A DNA stretch of 64,000 nucleotides from Auanema rhodensis (taxonomy: Eukaryota; Animalia; Nematoda). The notes below the pieces were generated by a model that made no database searches, was not told where the DNA came from, and was given only the letters and a program-made list of their open reading frames with translations. Positions within the stretch are counted from its first letter, which is position 1; the number at the start of each line of letters is the position of its first letter. Of this stretch, positions 52,401 to 64,000 are shown one piece after another. The DNA lies in NCBI GenBank assembly GCA_964057225.1, contig OZ059899.1, positions 15,128,001-15,192,000 on the forward strand. The letters run 5' to 3'. The position numbers and the translations under genes are program-made.

Positions 52401-55281
52401 GTTTGGATGGTGGCTGGGATACTGAATTCGATGAAGATCTACTGACGACTCAGGAAAACCCAATGCCGTTCTTTGATGGTATCAGGCAATTAGAATCCGG
52501 GCATACGTATTTAACTGTTCGCCATAAGAGAATCGCTAGTAATATGGAGACTATTCTTGAGTACATTGCCAATTCAAACTTTGTGTATGTTTAGCAACTT
52601 TTTTGCTGAATGTAATTCATTTTTCTTGCAGCGATGAAAAGGGTTTGATGAACACGAGCAAACCAACTCATCCTCCATTGGTTCGCAATGCCAGAGCCTA
52701 TGTCTTCTTTGTAGCTGCCAACGCTGTATTCCCACATGATATTAATCGGGACGACTTTTCTCCTTGGTCTGCCAATGCAACTCGTTAGTTCTTGGTTGAT
52801 TAGAATCATATATTTATTATTTTAGCTGAAAACCCAACATGTTATCGTTCCAAAGTAAGAAAAGTGGGTGTTCTCTGTGATCCTAAAACAGGTCATTTCA
52901 CGCTACAAGATGGTGATTACAAATTGTATCCTTATCATCTTGTTGCCTTGTACAGCATACACCCAAAAGAAGCTAGACTAAGAAAGAGGGTTTGCAAATG
53001 ATTATAAGTGTAATAAACTTTAAATTGAGTTTAGATAACTTATCTGATGGATACAGATACAAAAATGATTGTTAGTCATGTTATGATAATGTATGATTTC
53101 AACACAGAGGGACCTATACCTCATATCAGTGGACCTTACGGTAAACGTAGTGTTCGTCGAAGAGGCTTGAGACGATTGGTAATAATTGTTGAACACCTTT
53201 TGCTATATTTTGTGTTCAGGGACATGACACTCATATTGATGACGTACTAGATGATGTGTCAGAAACTTCTGAATCAGAAAAAGAAAGCCCGGTTTGTTTT
53301 ACATAACTGAGATGAATGATATTAATGAAAATGTTTTAGTTTTCTGCTGGAATGCAACTTACCCCAGAGAGTGCAATTTATTTGCCGTTGGCTAACGTTG
53401 AAGATTTCTGGACAGATCGTAATAGAATTCTTCACTTCTTGGTTAATCGCCCTCATCTTCTGTAAGGATAAATGGGATAAAGCGAACACTCTTGATGTTT
53501 CAGTGAATCAATGGGATGCCTCAATACACGAGTTCCAATGTTCCCTCCTTTGATTGCCGAGAGAGGTGCTTTTGCTTTCTTCATGGATGGAAGTGAAGTG
53601 GATGTCCGCAATTTAACATGTGATGGGCTTGGCCCATGGTCAGAAAATTTACATTTGAGTAATGGTTCGTCTTTTGCCAGATGATTTTATTAACTCTCCT
53701 ATTGCAGGTAGCATAATGTGCCGTAGACCAAAATCTTGCCGAGTACCACTTGGCCTTAACAGAGATGGACACCTTAGAGTCATTAAGGGTAAACGGCCAA
53801 CTGAAGTAAGCGAATTCACAATGCATATATATGCGGCTACTCTCCCGCGTTTGACAAGATTAAAGAAAAAGGTATGTTGTTTTTCTAAGTTGGTAATTTA
53901 TATGCGAACTTTATAGGTTTACTATTTATCTAAGGATGGCGTTCAATTTGGTCATTCTTTGATTATTTATAACTATGACCAGGAAGGAGAATTACCGCAA
54001 GCGGTAAATTTCTCAAAGTAATTTATCATTGAAAAACATTTTTCTGCTTTAGGTTGCTCATGGAAACTCTGTTCATGCTGATAACGTTTACATTCGCTTA
54101 CCACCGTCACTAAAGGAAGATGCTCGAAAAATGTTGCACACGTTGTCTCCACAAGAAACTGCTAAACAACTATCTGATCGACATGGAATCCCTGTGAATG
54201 CTAGATCTGTAAGTCAATGCTCCAAATTTGTTGGGAAAATGTTTGAAAATTTAAAGATCTATAACGTCAAACGCGAAATGAATCGTTCTGTAATACCAAT
54301 GGGTCAACGGGGTGATATGAGGTATGAAGTGAAGGTCGACGGATCATTCCACGAGCTCGAAGATTCAATGGCTGATTATGTTCCTGACTGGATGTCTGAT
54401 AGAAGGCATGAATCTGTAAGTTATTAATTAATAAGGCTGTATTGAAATGTAAAATTTAGGAGCCAATAGTCACTGTTCCGGCAATGGATCTTCAAACTGT
54501 TGAAGTTGGAACTGTTAGAAGAGCAACTAGACAAGTTCGAAAGGTATAGGATTAACGAGTATTAACATGTTTGCAATATTTCAGAATGGAGTTTCCAATA
54601 CAGGAGTCGCTCCTAGAGCTCATCAAACTGAACAGATCTTCAGATATGTCAGTAACATGTTGACCACTAGATCCGATAACGAAACTTTTGATGCTATATG
54701 GAGGACATTGGTGCAGAAAAATGAAACCAGAATACTGAAAAACATTAAAAAAGTAATTATTGCAAGAAAATATTGAAATTTAATTTACTAATTCAGGATT
54801 TTGGGGTCGAAATTGTGGCAGAGCGGAGCTCGAGGAATGGAGATACGATTGAAGTTCGCGTCACTAACGCAGTTATGGATGAATCTGTAATGCAAGAACA
54901 AATATTAGAAGGCGAAATTGTAGAAGAAGAAGTAATTAATGAAGAAGATATTTTGGGAGAGGTTTCTAACCATGATAGAGTTTTCAGTTAATAGTAAGTA
55001 ACTTGTTTCAGGTTGTACTGGATACAACATTAGAAGACCCACATCAAATTTCATCGCACGAGATGGATACTCATCCTCATAATATCGAACCACACTGTGT
55101 AGCTACGATGGAAGATCATAGGGGTCACGATTTATCCGCGATGCCTACTCATGAACCGCCTGTTTTAATGCCCGAAGCTTCTGATTTGATTGCTTCAAAA
55201 GAAGAAAGTGGCGACTCTGGGAGCCAAGAAAAGCCTGCTATCGACGAAGAACCCACAATATCCAGGAATATGGAAATGTGA
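49483..55281 (+). CDS. Uncharacterised AT-hook protein (roughly 1,450 aa, estimated) with four tandem ~165-aa repeats; putative DNA-binding
   Basis: Many short GT-AG introns join the ORF-track fragments into one frame from MTNACRSN to ISRNMEM*. AT-hook KRKRGRPRKYP near 50190. Four repeats share PxxPPL...F/Y-F...DxLxPW[TS]...RL[RK]K[KR]-[IV]xY[LV]...Y[DEN][FY]xxxGx[IL]P. Acidic linkers separate the repeats. Confidence 0.85.
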
Positions 55282-56653
55282 ATTTCCTGATACTCATACT
55301 CATAAAGAAGTGCTTATTGGTCATCAACATGTAGTTTGTGTTTTAATTGTATATGGCTTAGGTTCTATAATTTTCAATCTGAAAGTATCATATTCAATAA
55401 GATCACCACGTGTGCTATTCAGCTAATAATATTTCTGCTTTTCTATAGGTTGATATATATCAGGCATTTCGCATGTACAACATCCATTTCTCTAAAAAAA
55501 TCTTCCGATCTCCGTGTACATAACTTTGAGTAATCAATCACGTTGTTGTATGTTATTTGTTATGTCATGAAGTTACAACTGCTTGATTGTTTTTGATAAA
55601 ATTATAAAATACCCAAACTTGATATTTGGGTTGTCTTCTACTGGGTAGAAGAAGCCTTTTCGACTTAAAGAAAAACTTTTGTTTAAAGGACGTCTTAAGC
55701 TAATTGTGGCTGACGTAAGCTTTGAAGCAGAACCGTACCAAACGGCGGTCCCCCGTCGAGTTTTCCAACCTTTGTTAATGTGTTGGCTAGATATATTCTC
55801 ATGAATGCTTCTGCTGGTTTGAAAACTTAATCGCTTTAATATATAGGAATGTGAATGTGAAGTATTTCATTTTCTACAAAGTAGATTGTATCTGTAAGCT
55901 TAGTATTTCAACATGTTGGTTCTATTTGAGGTCAACGATATTAGACAAGAATGTTATTAAGGAAGATTTTTATTTAGATATCAGAGGTTTCTGATCTACA
56001 GGAAGCAGGAGCGACTCAGGATCTTGTAATAAACATACTACTACTCTACTACTAGCTGTGAAAACCTGAAGCCTTTGAGGTGAATTATAGGACTTAAATA
56101 TTATAAGATTGTTCAACTAAAAAGAAAGAGTTTACCAATGAGCGAACCGTACTAAACGGCTTTTAAAAATGTGGGCAGACATCTACGTTTAATGATTGTT
56201 TGCATGTTTACAATTGAATATTCTATCTTGAAAACATTTTACGGTACACATGTATTTAGTAAGTGTTAGGCGTCTATTAATCTATTAATAATAATCTAAG
56301 TTTGTAAATTACCAAAATCTCAGTTGGATGCTCAGCTTTAGATATAACTAACCAGCTAGCTTCTGCTTTTTGCATCTTCCATATTCGAGATATGAATGTG
56401 TGATATTAACGCCTGTTGCCTGTTGCCTCAAAGCCCAATATGTGTGACAACTGTAATATCTCAAGATGACAACACGTTCTCACATCACTACCGTCATCGT
56501 CGTCACTTTCATTCCACACATTGTCTTCTTGATTTTCATCCTCAATCGACACATGCAGGCTTGCCCGAATTATGAAACTGACTGTTTGAAGGCGGATATA
56601 TGAACAGTAATCGGCCTGAGGCGGAGTCATATCAAGATATCCGCCGCTGGGCA

Positions 56654-56661
56654 TATATAAA
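56654..56661 (+). promoter_or_regulatory. TATA box of collagen gene
   Basis: TATATAAA about 35 nt upstream of the ATG at 56697, with no acceptor in between. Confidence 0.6.
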
Positions 56662-56696
56662 CCTCAGAAAGTTATAATTTTTGTTTCGAAGCAACG

Positions 56697-58255
56697 ATGA
56701 AGGACGATCCACTCGTCGTAGACGAGGATCTCCTCGCTGAGATGAAAGTTTTCCGCAGGTTAGTATTGTTTTTAATTTTCTGAACTTACTTGTGTATATG
56801 AAATATTTGAATCTAAGCACGTATCTTATTCCTATTTGCATACGTGTGATCACGTCACGTCTGCCAGCTATCATTTTCTCATTTTATTTTTTTTAAACGC
56901 TGACTGGTTGTGTTACGATTCAATCTTTTTCACTTTTCAATTATTTTTTTCCTTTACAGATCTGCTTTTGGTGCTGTAGTCTTGTCTACTGTAACGATAT
57001 TAGGATGTATAGTACTTATTCCTATTGCATATCAAAATGTGCAGCGCTTACATACCACACTTCTGGATGATGTTCATTTCTGCCAGATGAGAAATCGTGA
57101 TCTATGGAGTAGTATCTTCATAGGGGATCATTCTCGTCTCAAGCGTTCTGTAGAATATCTAAGCGAACAACCAGAAGGAAAATGGCTATTTGGTCACTTC
57201 ATTACATCTAAACCTCAGTGAGTAATAATTATCTATGCATCAATCAAGAATTTCGACTTTATGACCTACTATTTTGACATTTCATTTAATGTTTATTTTA
57301 TGACATTCTTTAGAATTTTTTTGAAGTTTCTTAATTTTAGCCGGAATCGTCGTCAAGACGGTAAATACCCAACTCCTGAAGGCGCTGCTTATCCAGCCGC
57401 TCCTGAAGTTGGAGGCGCTTCTTACCCTGCTCCTGCTCCTGCTCCTGCTCCAGCTCCCAGCTCATATCCAACTCCTGAAATTGCCGTAAGAAAAGCATAG
57501 CACTGATCTTTTGATGCATTATATTATACTTTTCAGGCCGCTCCAGAAGAAAATATGTGTTGTGGTTGTACAGTTGGACCACCCGGTCCACCAGGAGATG
57601 CTGGATCTGATGGAGATGATGGTAAAGATGGTAACCCAGGACCTGATGGAACTCCAGGATCTGGTAAGTTCATATGAAATATTTCCTTTATGAAAATATT
57701 TTTAACAGATGGTGCAAGTTCTGGTGGTGATGGCTATTCTGAAGGAGCCGGAGCACCTACTTGTGTTCGTGAATGCCCACCCGGACCACCAGGACCACCG
57801 GGAAGCCCCGGAGAAAAAGGTGCTCGCGGATATCCTGGAGACATGGGAGAACCAGGAGCACAAGGAAAGCCAGGAGAGAAGGGACCACCAGGACGAATGG
57901 GACCACCAGGACCACCAGGATATCCCGGACGTCCAGGAGAGAAGGGAGACGATGGAAAGAGCATTCCCGGAAACGCCCCACCAGGCCCACCAGGACGTCC
58001 AGGAGAAATGGGACTTGCTGGACCACCAGGACCACCCGGAGAAAAAGGAAAGCAAGGCGGGCCCGGACCACAAGGACCAACAGGTGACCAAGGAAACCCA
58101 GGTTAGTAAATAATACGATATAAAAAAATATTTATTTACTTATAGGACCTTACGGTAAGCCTGGTCCACCAGGAAGTGAAGGCATGGAAGGAGCTCCAGG
58201 ACCAAAAGGAGGATGCGATCACTGCCCACCACCCCGTACTCCACCTGGATACTAA
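56697..58255 (+). CDS. Nematode cuticle collagen, 364 aa
   Basis: Exons 56697-56758, 56960-57217, 57341-57485, 57537-57663, 57709-58101, 58146-58255 (1095 nt). Has an N-terminal TM/Col_cuticle_N region, RLKR and RNRR sites, [13 protein letters not shown], Gly-X-Y blocks and C-terminal [15 protein letters not shown]. Confidence 0.95.
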
Positions 58256-58476
58256 TAGTTATGCAGATTTCTTGGTAATCATGCTGTGCAATTTTCAAAC
58301 TGTTGTTTTCCTAACACGAGGCATCATTTATCTCACAATGTATTTATTGAAGGTTAATATTTATTTCAAATGTTATATAAAGTGTGTAATTCTAAAAAAT
58401 TAGAACAATACTTGTTGTGTTTACTAGGAAGAAATGTGAATTCTACAGTATTTCAAAGTTTCAATTCAGTTTGATC

Positions 58477-59377
58477 TTATTGATCTCCAGAAACGGCTTT
58501 GTCAATGTATTGTTTGAACTCTGAAAATGAGATTCTTGTACAGAAAGCAAAGAAAACATTGTGATAACAATATTAAAGTGTGTCTACTAATTTTTTTGGA
58601 GCTATTGGACTTACGATTCCAATCAAAATCATTCTTCAAGAAATTCTCGTCAAAAAGATATACGAAGTTTTGCCACTTTTCTGATCGTCAAGTGCAAATA
58701 GCGAGATCCCAGAGAATAAAATAAACACTCGTTTTCACAAATCGCCTCCGTGAGCTCTTCAGATATTGAAAAAGCAGGTCGTTCCCAACTTTTACAATCC
58801 TTTTGCACATTTTGTACAAGAACATTGAAAAAGTATTATTGGTTTCATCAAATCATAAGTTTTTTAGAGGTTTTTTTGCCAAACCAAACAAAACAATTCA
58901 AAAACTGAATATACCTTCGTAACTGATCTTACAGTCACCATCCTTATCAGCATTCTTAACAACATTGATGAGGAATTTCAAGTTAGCTTTGAAAGCAGGA
59001 TCCGTTTGTTCACTCTAAAAAAAACAAAATGATAAATACATAGAGAAACTTAAGCTGGATATTCACAAGCAGGTCAAGAGATATGCACTTTATGTATGAT
59101 AGTCAAACAGATAAACTCGAAAAAAATGAATGAATATCACTTGAACAATGAAACTGAACATAGCTATAAGTTATGAACTATATTTCATTCAAAATATAAA
59201 ACTGTCGAATGGAACTCACTTTGTCGGCTCCAAGAAGCATGCAGATGATGTCATCCTTGCTTATGAATCCAGACATATCTTTGTCATGCTTGTTAAACAT
59301 TTCTCTCAGATCATGTTCTAAAAAGTAGGCCCAATATGTGAAAGAAAAACAGTTAAAATCTTACCCCAAGTAGCCAT
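58477..59377 (-). CDS. Small two-EF-hand calcium-binding protein, 84 aa
   Basis: Exons 59377-59365, 59317-59220, 59014-58915, 58520-58477 (255 nt) give MATWEHDLREMFNKHDKDMSGFISKDDIICMLLGADKSEQTDPAFKANLKFLINVVKNADKDGDCKISYEEFKQYIDKAVSGDQ. EF loops are DKDMSGFISKDD and DKDGDCKISYEE. Confidence 0.88.
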
Positions 59378-59753
59378 TATGATAGACCAGTGTACGCAAA
59401 CGCAGACTACTAAGCTTACCGAAGGTAGAAGGAGGAGGGATCTACAAGAGCCCAGAGGTGGAGCTATCTCAACGAGCGCTAGCCACCCTCATCAAAAACC
59501 AATAGAAGCTCTTCTAGCTGAACATTGTCACACGGCTCATTACTGCACTTCTTGTATCCCTTACTATTCCGACAATACTAACCTTTTAGTTTACCCGTGA
59601 AAAGAAAACATGAAATTGAATGATCAAAATACTAGTTAAATCATAATATTGTTTCAAATATTGTGAGTATCTTTGTATGAAGTTTGCAGTTTCCAATAGA
59701 AGTAATAAAGAATAGAATATTTCATAACAATTTATGATACCAACAAAAACAAT

Positions 59754-60509
59754 TTAGAAGATTGGATCGGGGAACTCGAACACAACATCTTTTCCAGTAA
59801 GCTTTCTGTAGACGGAGGAGAAGACGTCAACCTTGTGCTCAACATTGCATTGCTGGGACTTATCGAGGTGGACCTACAAAATCATAATAGGTTCTCATGT
59901 TAATCAATAAAAGACAAAAATAAAATACAAACCTTGTGAACTTTCTTTCCATCGAGCTTAACTCTGATTCTTCTTCCAACGACTTCAGCGGGGAAGACCA
60001 TCTCGTCGAGCCAGGCATCGTGAACGGCGGTAAGAGTTCTGGAGCGTGGTCTCTTTTGCTTTTGTGGCTTAGCCTTAGATCCTCTCATTGGCTTGGGAAG
60101 AATTCTTCTCTATAATTAATGTAAATATAATACAAGAAAAAGCTAGAAACAAACCTTGGCAAGAACAAGAACATGCTTTCCTCCGAATTTCTTCTCAAGT
60201 TCACGGACAACTCTAGTCTGGATCTTGTGGAATTGCTTGAGTTGTGGGACTGGGACGTAGACAATGATGACGGATTTGTTTCCTACGTCAATTTCCTAAA
60301 AAAAAAATTTTTAATTAAAGCAAGACTAATCGAAAAAAAATAAAAATAAATAATTGAGCACTTACTTTGACTCCAACAATGTAGAGCTCACGAAGTTGGG
60401 CCTTGATATCAGAGGTGGCCTCGAGCTCAACGAGGGCCTGGGAGACTTGCTTCTCCAGCTCAGAAGGAGCGGAGTTGTCGGCTTTCAACAACTTTCCTAT
60501 TACGACCAT
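59754..60509 (-). CDS. rps-7: 40S ribosomal protein S7 (eS7), 193 aa
   Basis: Exons 60509-60366, 60295-60155, 60109-59933, 59873-59754. Contains [46 protein letters not shown] and [15 protein letters not shown]. Confidence 0.97.
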
Positions 60510-63500
60510 CCTTTAACCCAGTTGAACACTAAAACTAAAATTGAAATACTAAACTTGAATTATAAAAACACAAATTAAATCCGAACGAAAATATTATAAC
60601 AGATCTTAAAATGAGGCATTGAGGCTTAGAATAACTTGATCATTAAAAAATGAAGGTATCACACTATTTTATACACAATACCCTGTTTAGCTAAACAAGT
60701 TCTTATCGTAAAAATTAACAAAATTTCGACAACAATTATAGTAAACGACGAAAAAACGTTAAAATCCCAAAAGATCTCTAAATGTGTCTATGGAAAATAT
60801 AGACGTACGATAGCACAGAAAGAAGAAACAGGGTGATCGCGTCGGGACCTTTTCAGCGCAGCGAGTTTATTACTAGCGCTAATACCAAAAAAAAGGAAAA
60901 AGTACAATTAGCTTTGATTGATATAGATGTATCTAATGATTTTAATTATTTAGAGGGTTGAGGGAATGATTACTTGATTTAATATGTATTAAGAAAAAAA
61001 TATAATTGCTATGGTGATTTATTTATTTTTCTATTTTAAAGAGTTGTAGTAAAAAAAGTTTTTTCATATTTAAATAATAGTTTTCATGGCTTATATAAAG
61101 GATGATGAGAATAAAATTTTTTTCATAGGATGCTGTTCTGCAGCATTGTCTGAGTAAAAGTTGAAACGTGCATAATACTTCAAAATGCATGTTGTTCGGC
61201 CTAGTGATACGAGGTTCAGCTGAAGTTTTAAGCTTTCCTGAATACCTGATTTGGTAGAAAAAACTTTCTATTCATTTTTTACTTCTAGTTTGGTGAGTGT
61301 CGAATTGTATTAGTTCTTATCTTTTGTTTCCTATGCCATGTATGCTTATACTTTGCATTATTGGTAGGTACGTCTTAAGTTTAGAAAATGATTTTTTCAC
61401 TGCTATGCTCGTTTATCTATTGTTTTTCTTTTCTGAATACACGTCAGACTAATGAAGTTTTACTATATTTAACTTTTAAGTAAAGTAGCTCTGTTATGTG
61501 TTTGTTGCTTTTAGTTGTTTGAAAATTCAATAAATGAATTGCAACCAGTCGTTACGTCAGTTATGATCAAAATGATATGTTTGCATATGGTGGATTTAGT
61601 CGGCTGTCTCATATGTTGCAACGTTTGTTTAATTCACGCAACGCTAAGGCATTTACTGGTATCACCCCAAATGTAAGGAATTGTAAAACTTACTGGCTAT
61701 TCATTACATTTAGCCTAACATTGGGAGTGCTGACCAAATGTGGAAAAAGAGCTTAGAGGACAGTTGATGAATGCCATTGTACTACATTTCCCAAAGAGTC
61801 AAGCTCTTCCATATTTGACATGTTTTAGCGGATATCTAAGAATTATCGTCTTTAGACGGCAGTTTTATTTGATTCTTCACCCATATATTCGTAACAATTA
61901 GCCAAAGGTTCATTTTAGCTTTTTCGCGAAAAAGTATTCGTATTAGGAATTCTTATCGTGAATCTTCTTTAATTGAAATGAGATTTGTTTTTGTTATGAT
62001 AGTAGAGATTCTTTATTTTAACTTTTTTTTCCTATTCAAGCAGGTGTGCTGTGACGCTATCTTGCTCTGAAAAAAGATTCTAGCATATAAAACGCATATT
62101 TTCTTCCAGAAAAATATAATTTTTGCATAATAACTAGCTAGAAGAGATTTTAGAAATTGGCTATTTTATTTTGTTTTTGTCTGTAAACATCAAGAGATCA
62201 CGTTTTAGTTTTGAATGAAAAATACATGTAATACAATGTATTCAATGTACTGCATTTCAATATTTTTCATCTTCTGTTGGCTAAGCTTTAGTTTTGAATC
62301 TGCTTTTTACTGTGACCAGTGCATATATCCACTTGGGATGAGCCTTGGGAAGTTTATAATCAAGTTTGTTGTATACTCTCAATTCCATTTGATATATTGA
62401 TTCAATTTTGTCTTTTCTGCCACACTCAATGAACATCTTCAAATATACAAGTAGCAAATTAAATGATATCTTGGAAGCTTTGATCTCAAATTAAGGTTTT
62501 GAACCATCTCCCAGATCACTTCTCTTTGTCTTGAAATTTCATTATATTTGTGATGTGTAGCATTCTTCTGAGCAGTGATGATGGACGTTTGCCAAAAAAA
62601 AGATTTTGCTGCCATCAAAAACTTATTATGGATTTTGAATATTAATAATCACAGTATTTATATGAAAATACGTTTTTTGCTTTTATATACATACATATTC
62701 CGCTTTTTAATGATGCTGAACCCACAAATCCGCCGCATGTTAGCCTGCAATTGCTCAGAATTAATTCTCAGAAAACCTTAGTGGTATCAGTTCTCTTGTT
62801 GTTTTCAAACTCGACTTGTCAGGTTATTAGTTTTTGCAGTAGGAATATGACTAATATGAGCAGGTCGAAGAAAAAAGGCTTGACTGAAGTGTAGGAGGGA
62901 GGGAAGAGGGTGGAGAGGAGACGTAAGATCACGTTATGCTTTCAGACGACACGAGAACTAAGTTCATGCACATCATTCATGTGGAAGATTTTGAGCAATT
63001 TCGTTAAAAAAAACGTCCAAGTGAAACGATGAGGTGATGAGAATATTTTTGAACAAACTACTACTAGCATGAAAGTTCGGCTGAAGAGACAAGACTGAGC
63101 AATTTGGATGGTAAATTGAAAGCAATCTTTTCGCAGCTTTTTATGCTCCGGATTTTGATTGAACTCTCCGAAAAAGGAGAGTTCTAACATCCCCTTGTCT
63201 TCTTTTCCGGTTTTATAGACCTTCTGATCTAATAGATTCATTGTTCATCATTGTTCTTCAGTTTTTTTTCAAACTCAGCTAAAACAATAAGCTCTATGTT
63301 ATTTAAAGTAAAGTCTTATTATTTTTTGATATATCTGAAAAGATTCATATAGAAATTCATGTTTCTCCTCTATTCACAATTTGGGTAGATACGTTCAGTT
63401 CACACCACTGAGACTGTCTTTGTTCTCCAATTGTTTCAACGAAGTAAGAAGAATTTTTCCCCCAAAAAGATCCTTTGTGTGTTTCAGCACCTCGTTGTTA

Positions 63501-64000
63501 TGAGCCGTTCTGCCTGGCCTTTATGGCTCCAAGCATGCCTCAGGGCACAGAGGATTTCTTCTTCTTGAATTCGGAAGTAGTAAGAGAGAAAAAGTTGAGT
63601 TATACAAGGAATACACGATGTCAGAATAGTGTCAACATGCTTCTTTCGTCATAAAAGAATATTTGAGAATTTGACAGTTTGAAACAGCTTCTTCTGTTTT
63701 CCTTAACTTCTTATTTCGTTAATAGCTTTTCTGAATTTCTTTCACTCTTCCATCATACATAGCCATTAGATTTAACTACGATTGTCCTTTGAGTTTTGAG
63801 AATCGTGGTGGATAGCTTTTCACTACTTCCTTGAGTTTACCAAAAATAATATGAATCCAATCCACTCCGCTCGTCCTCTTCGTTTGCTTTTTAACGCATG
63901 AGCCATACGTGAATTTCACGTGAACTTGCCTTTTCTTTTTCTACGCCTTGGATCGTAAAACCGGTTGCACTAGTTTTGTCTTGCTGACTTAAATTGAATT

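Noticed and set aside
57702-58113. Several overlapping ORFs on both strands
   Set aside because: They are shadow frames of the collagen Gly-X-Y codons.
60510-64000. Possible gene in the last 3.5 kb
   Set aside because: No phase-consistent exon chain was found; it looks like upstream regulatory DNA.

Overview
AT-rich, intron-containing eukaryotic DNA from a rhabditid-type nematode (TTTCAG acceptors, 40-60 nt introns, cuticle collagen). The left ~38 kb is one large PET+6xLIM gene (lim-9-like; 13 phase-consistent coding exons, a 17.6-kb first intron, candidate alternative first exons). Its introns are full of (CT)n/(AG)n microsatellites, clustered ACGTG motifs spaced 11-13 bp apart, and recurrent SCCTNAGGS (AP-2-like) sites. 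The right ~22 kb is a compact cluster: lpd-6/PPAN (-, RGG tail) head-to-head with rbm-5 (+); a hidden 4-exon 109-aa single-TM gene (-) just behind rpl-7 (-); rpl-7 head-to-head with rab-11.1 (+); a probable operon partner of rab-11.1 encoding an AT-hook protein with four tandem copies of a CG-1/Mutator-DBD-like module that share intron positions and phases; a cuticle collagen (+); an 84-aa two-EF-hand gene (-); and rps-7 (-). The strongest novelty candidates are the 4-repeat putative DNA-binding protein, the dispersed ACGTG clusters, and the hidden microprotein gene. All gene models were assembled by hand, and homology calls come from recognising the sequences, not from database searches.
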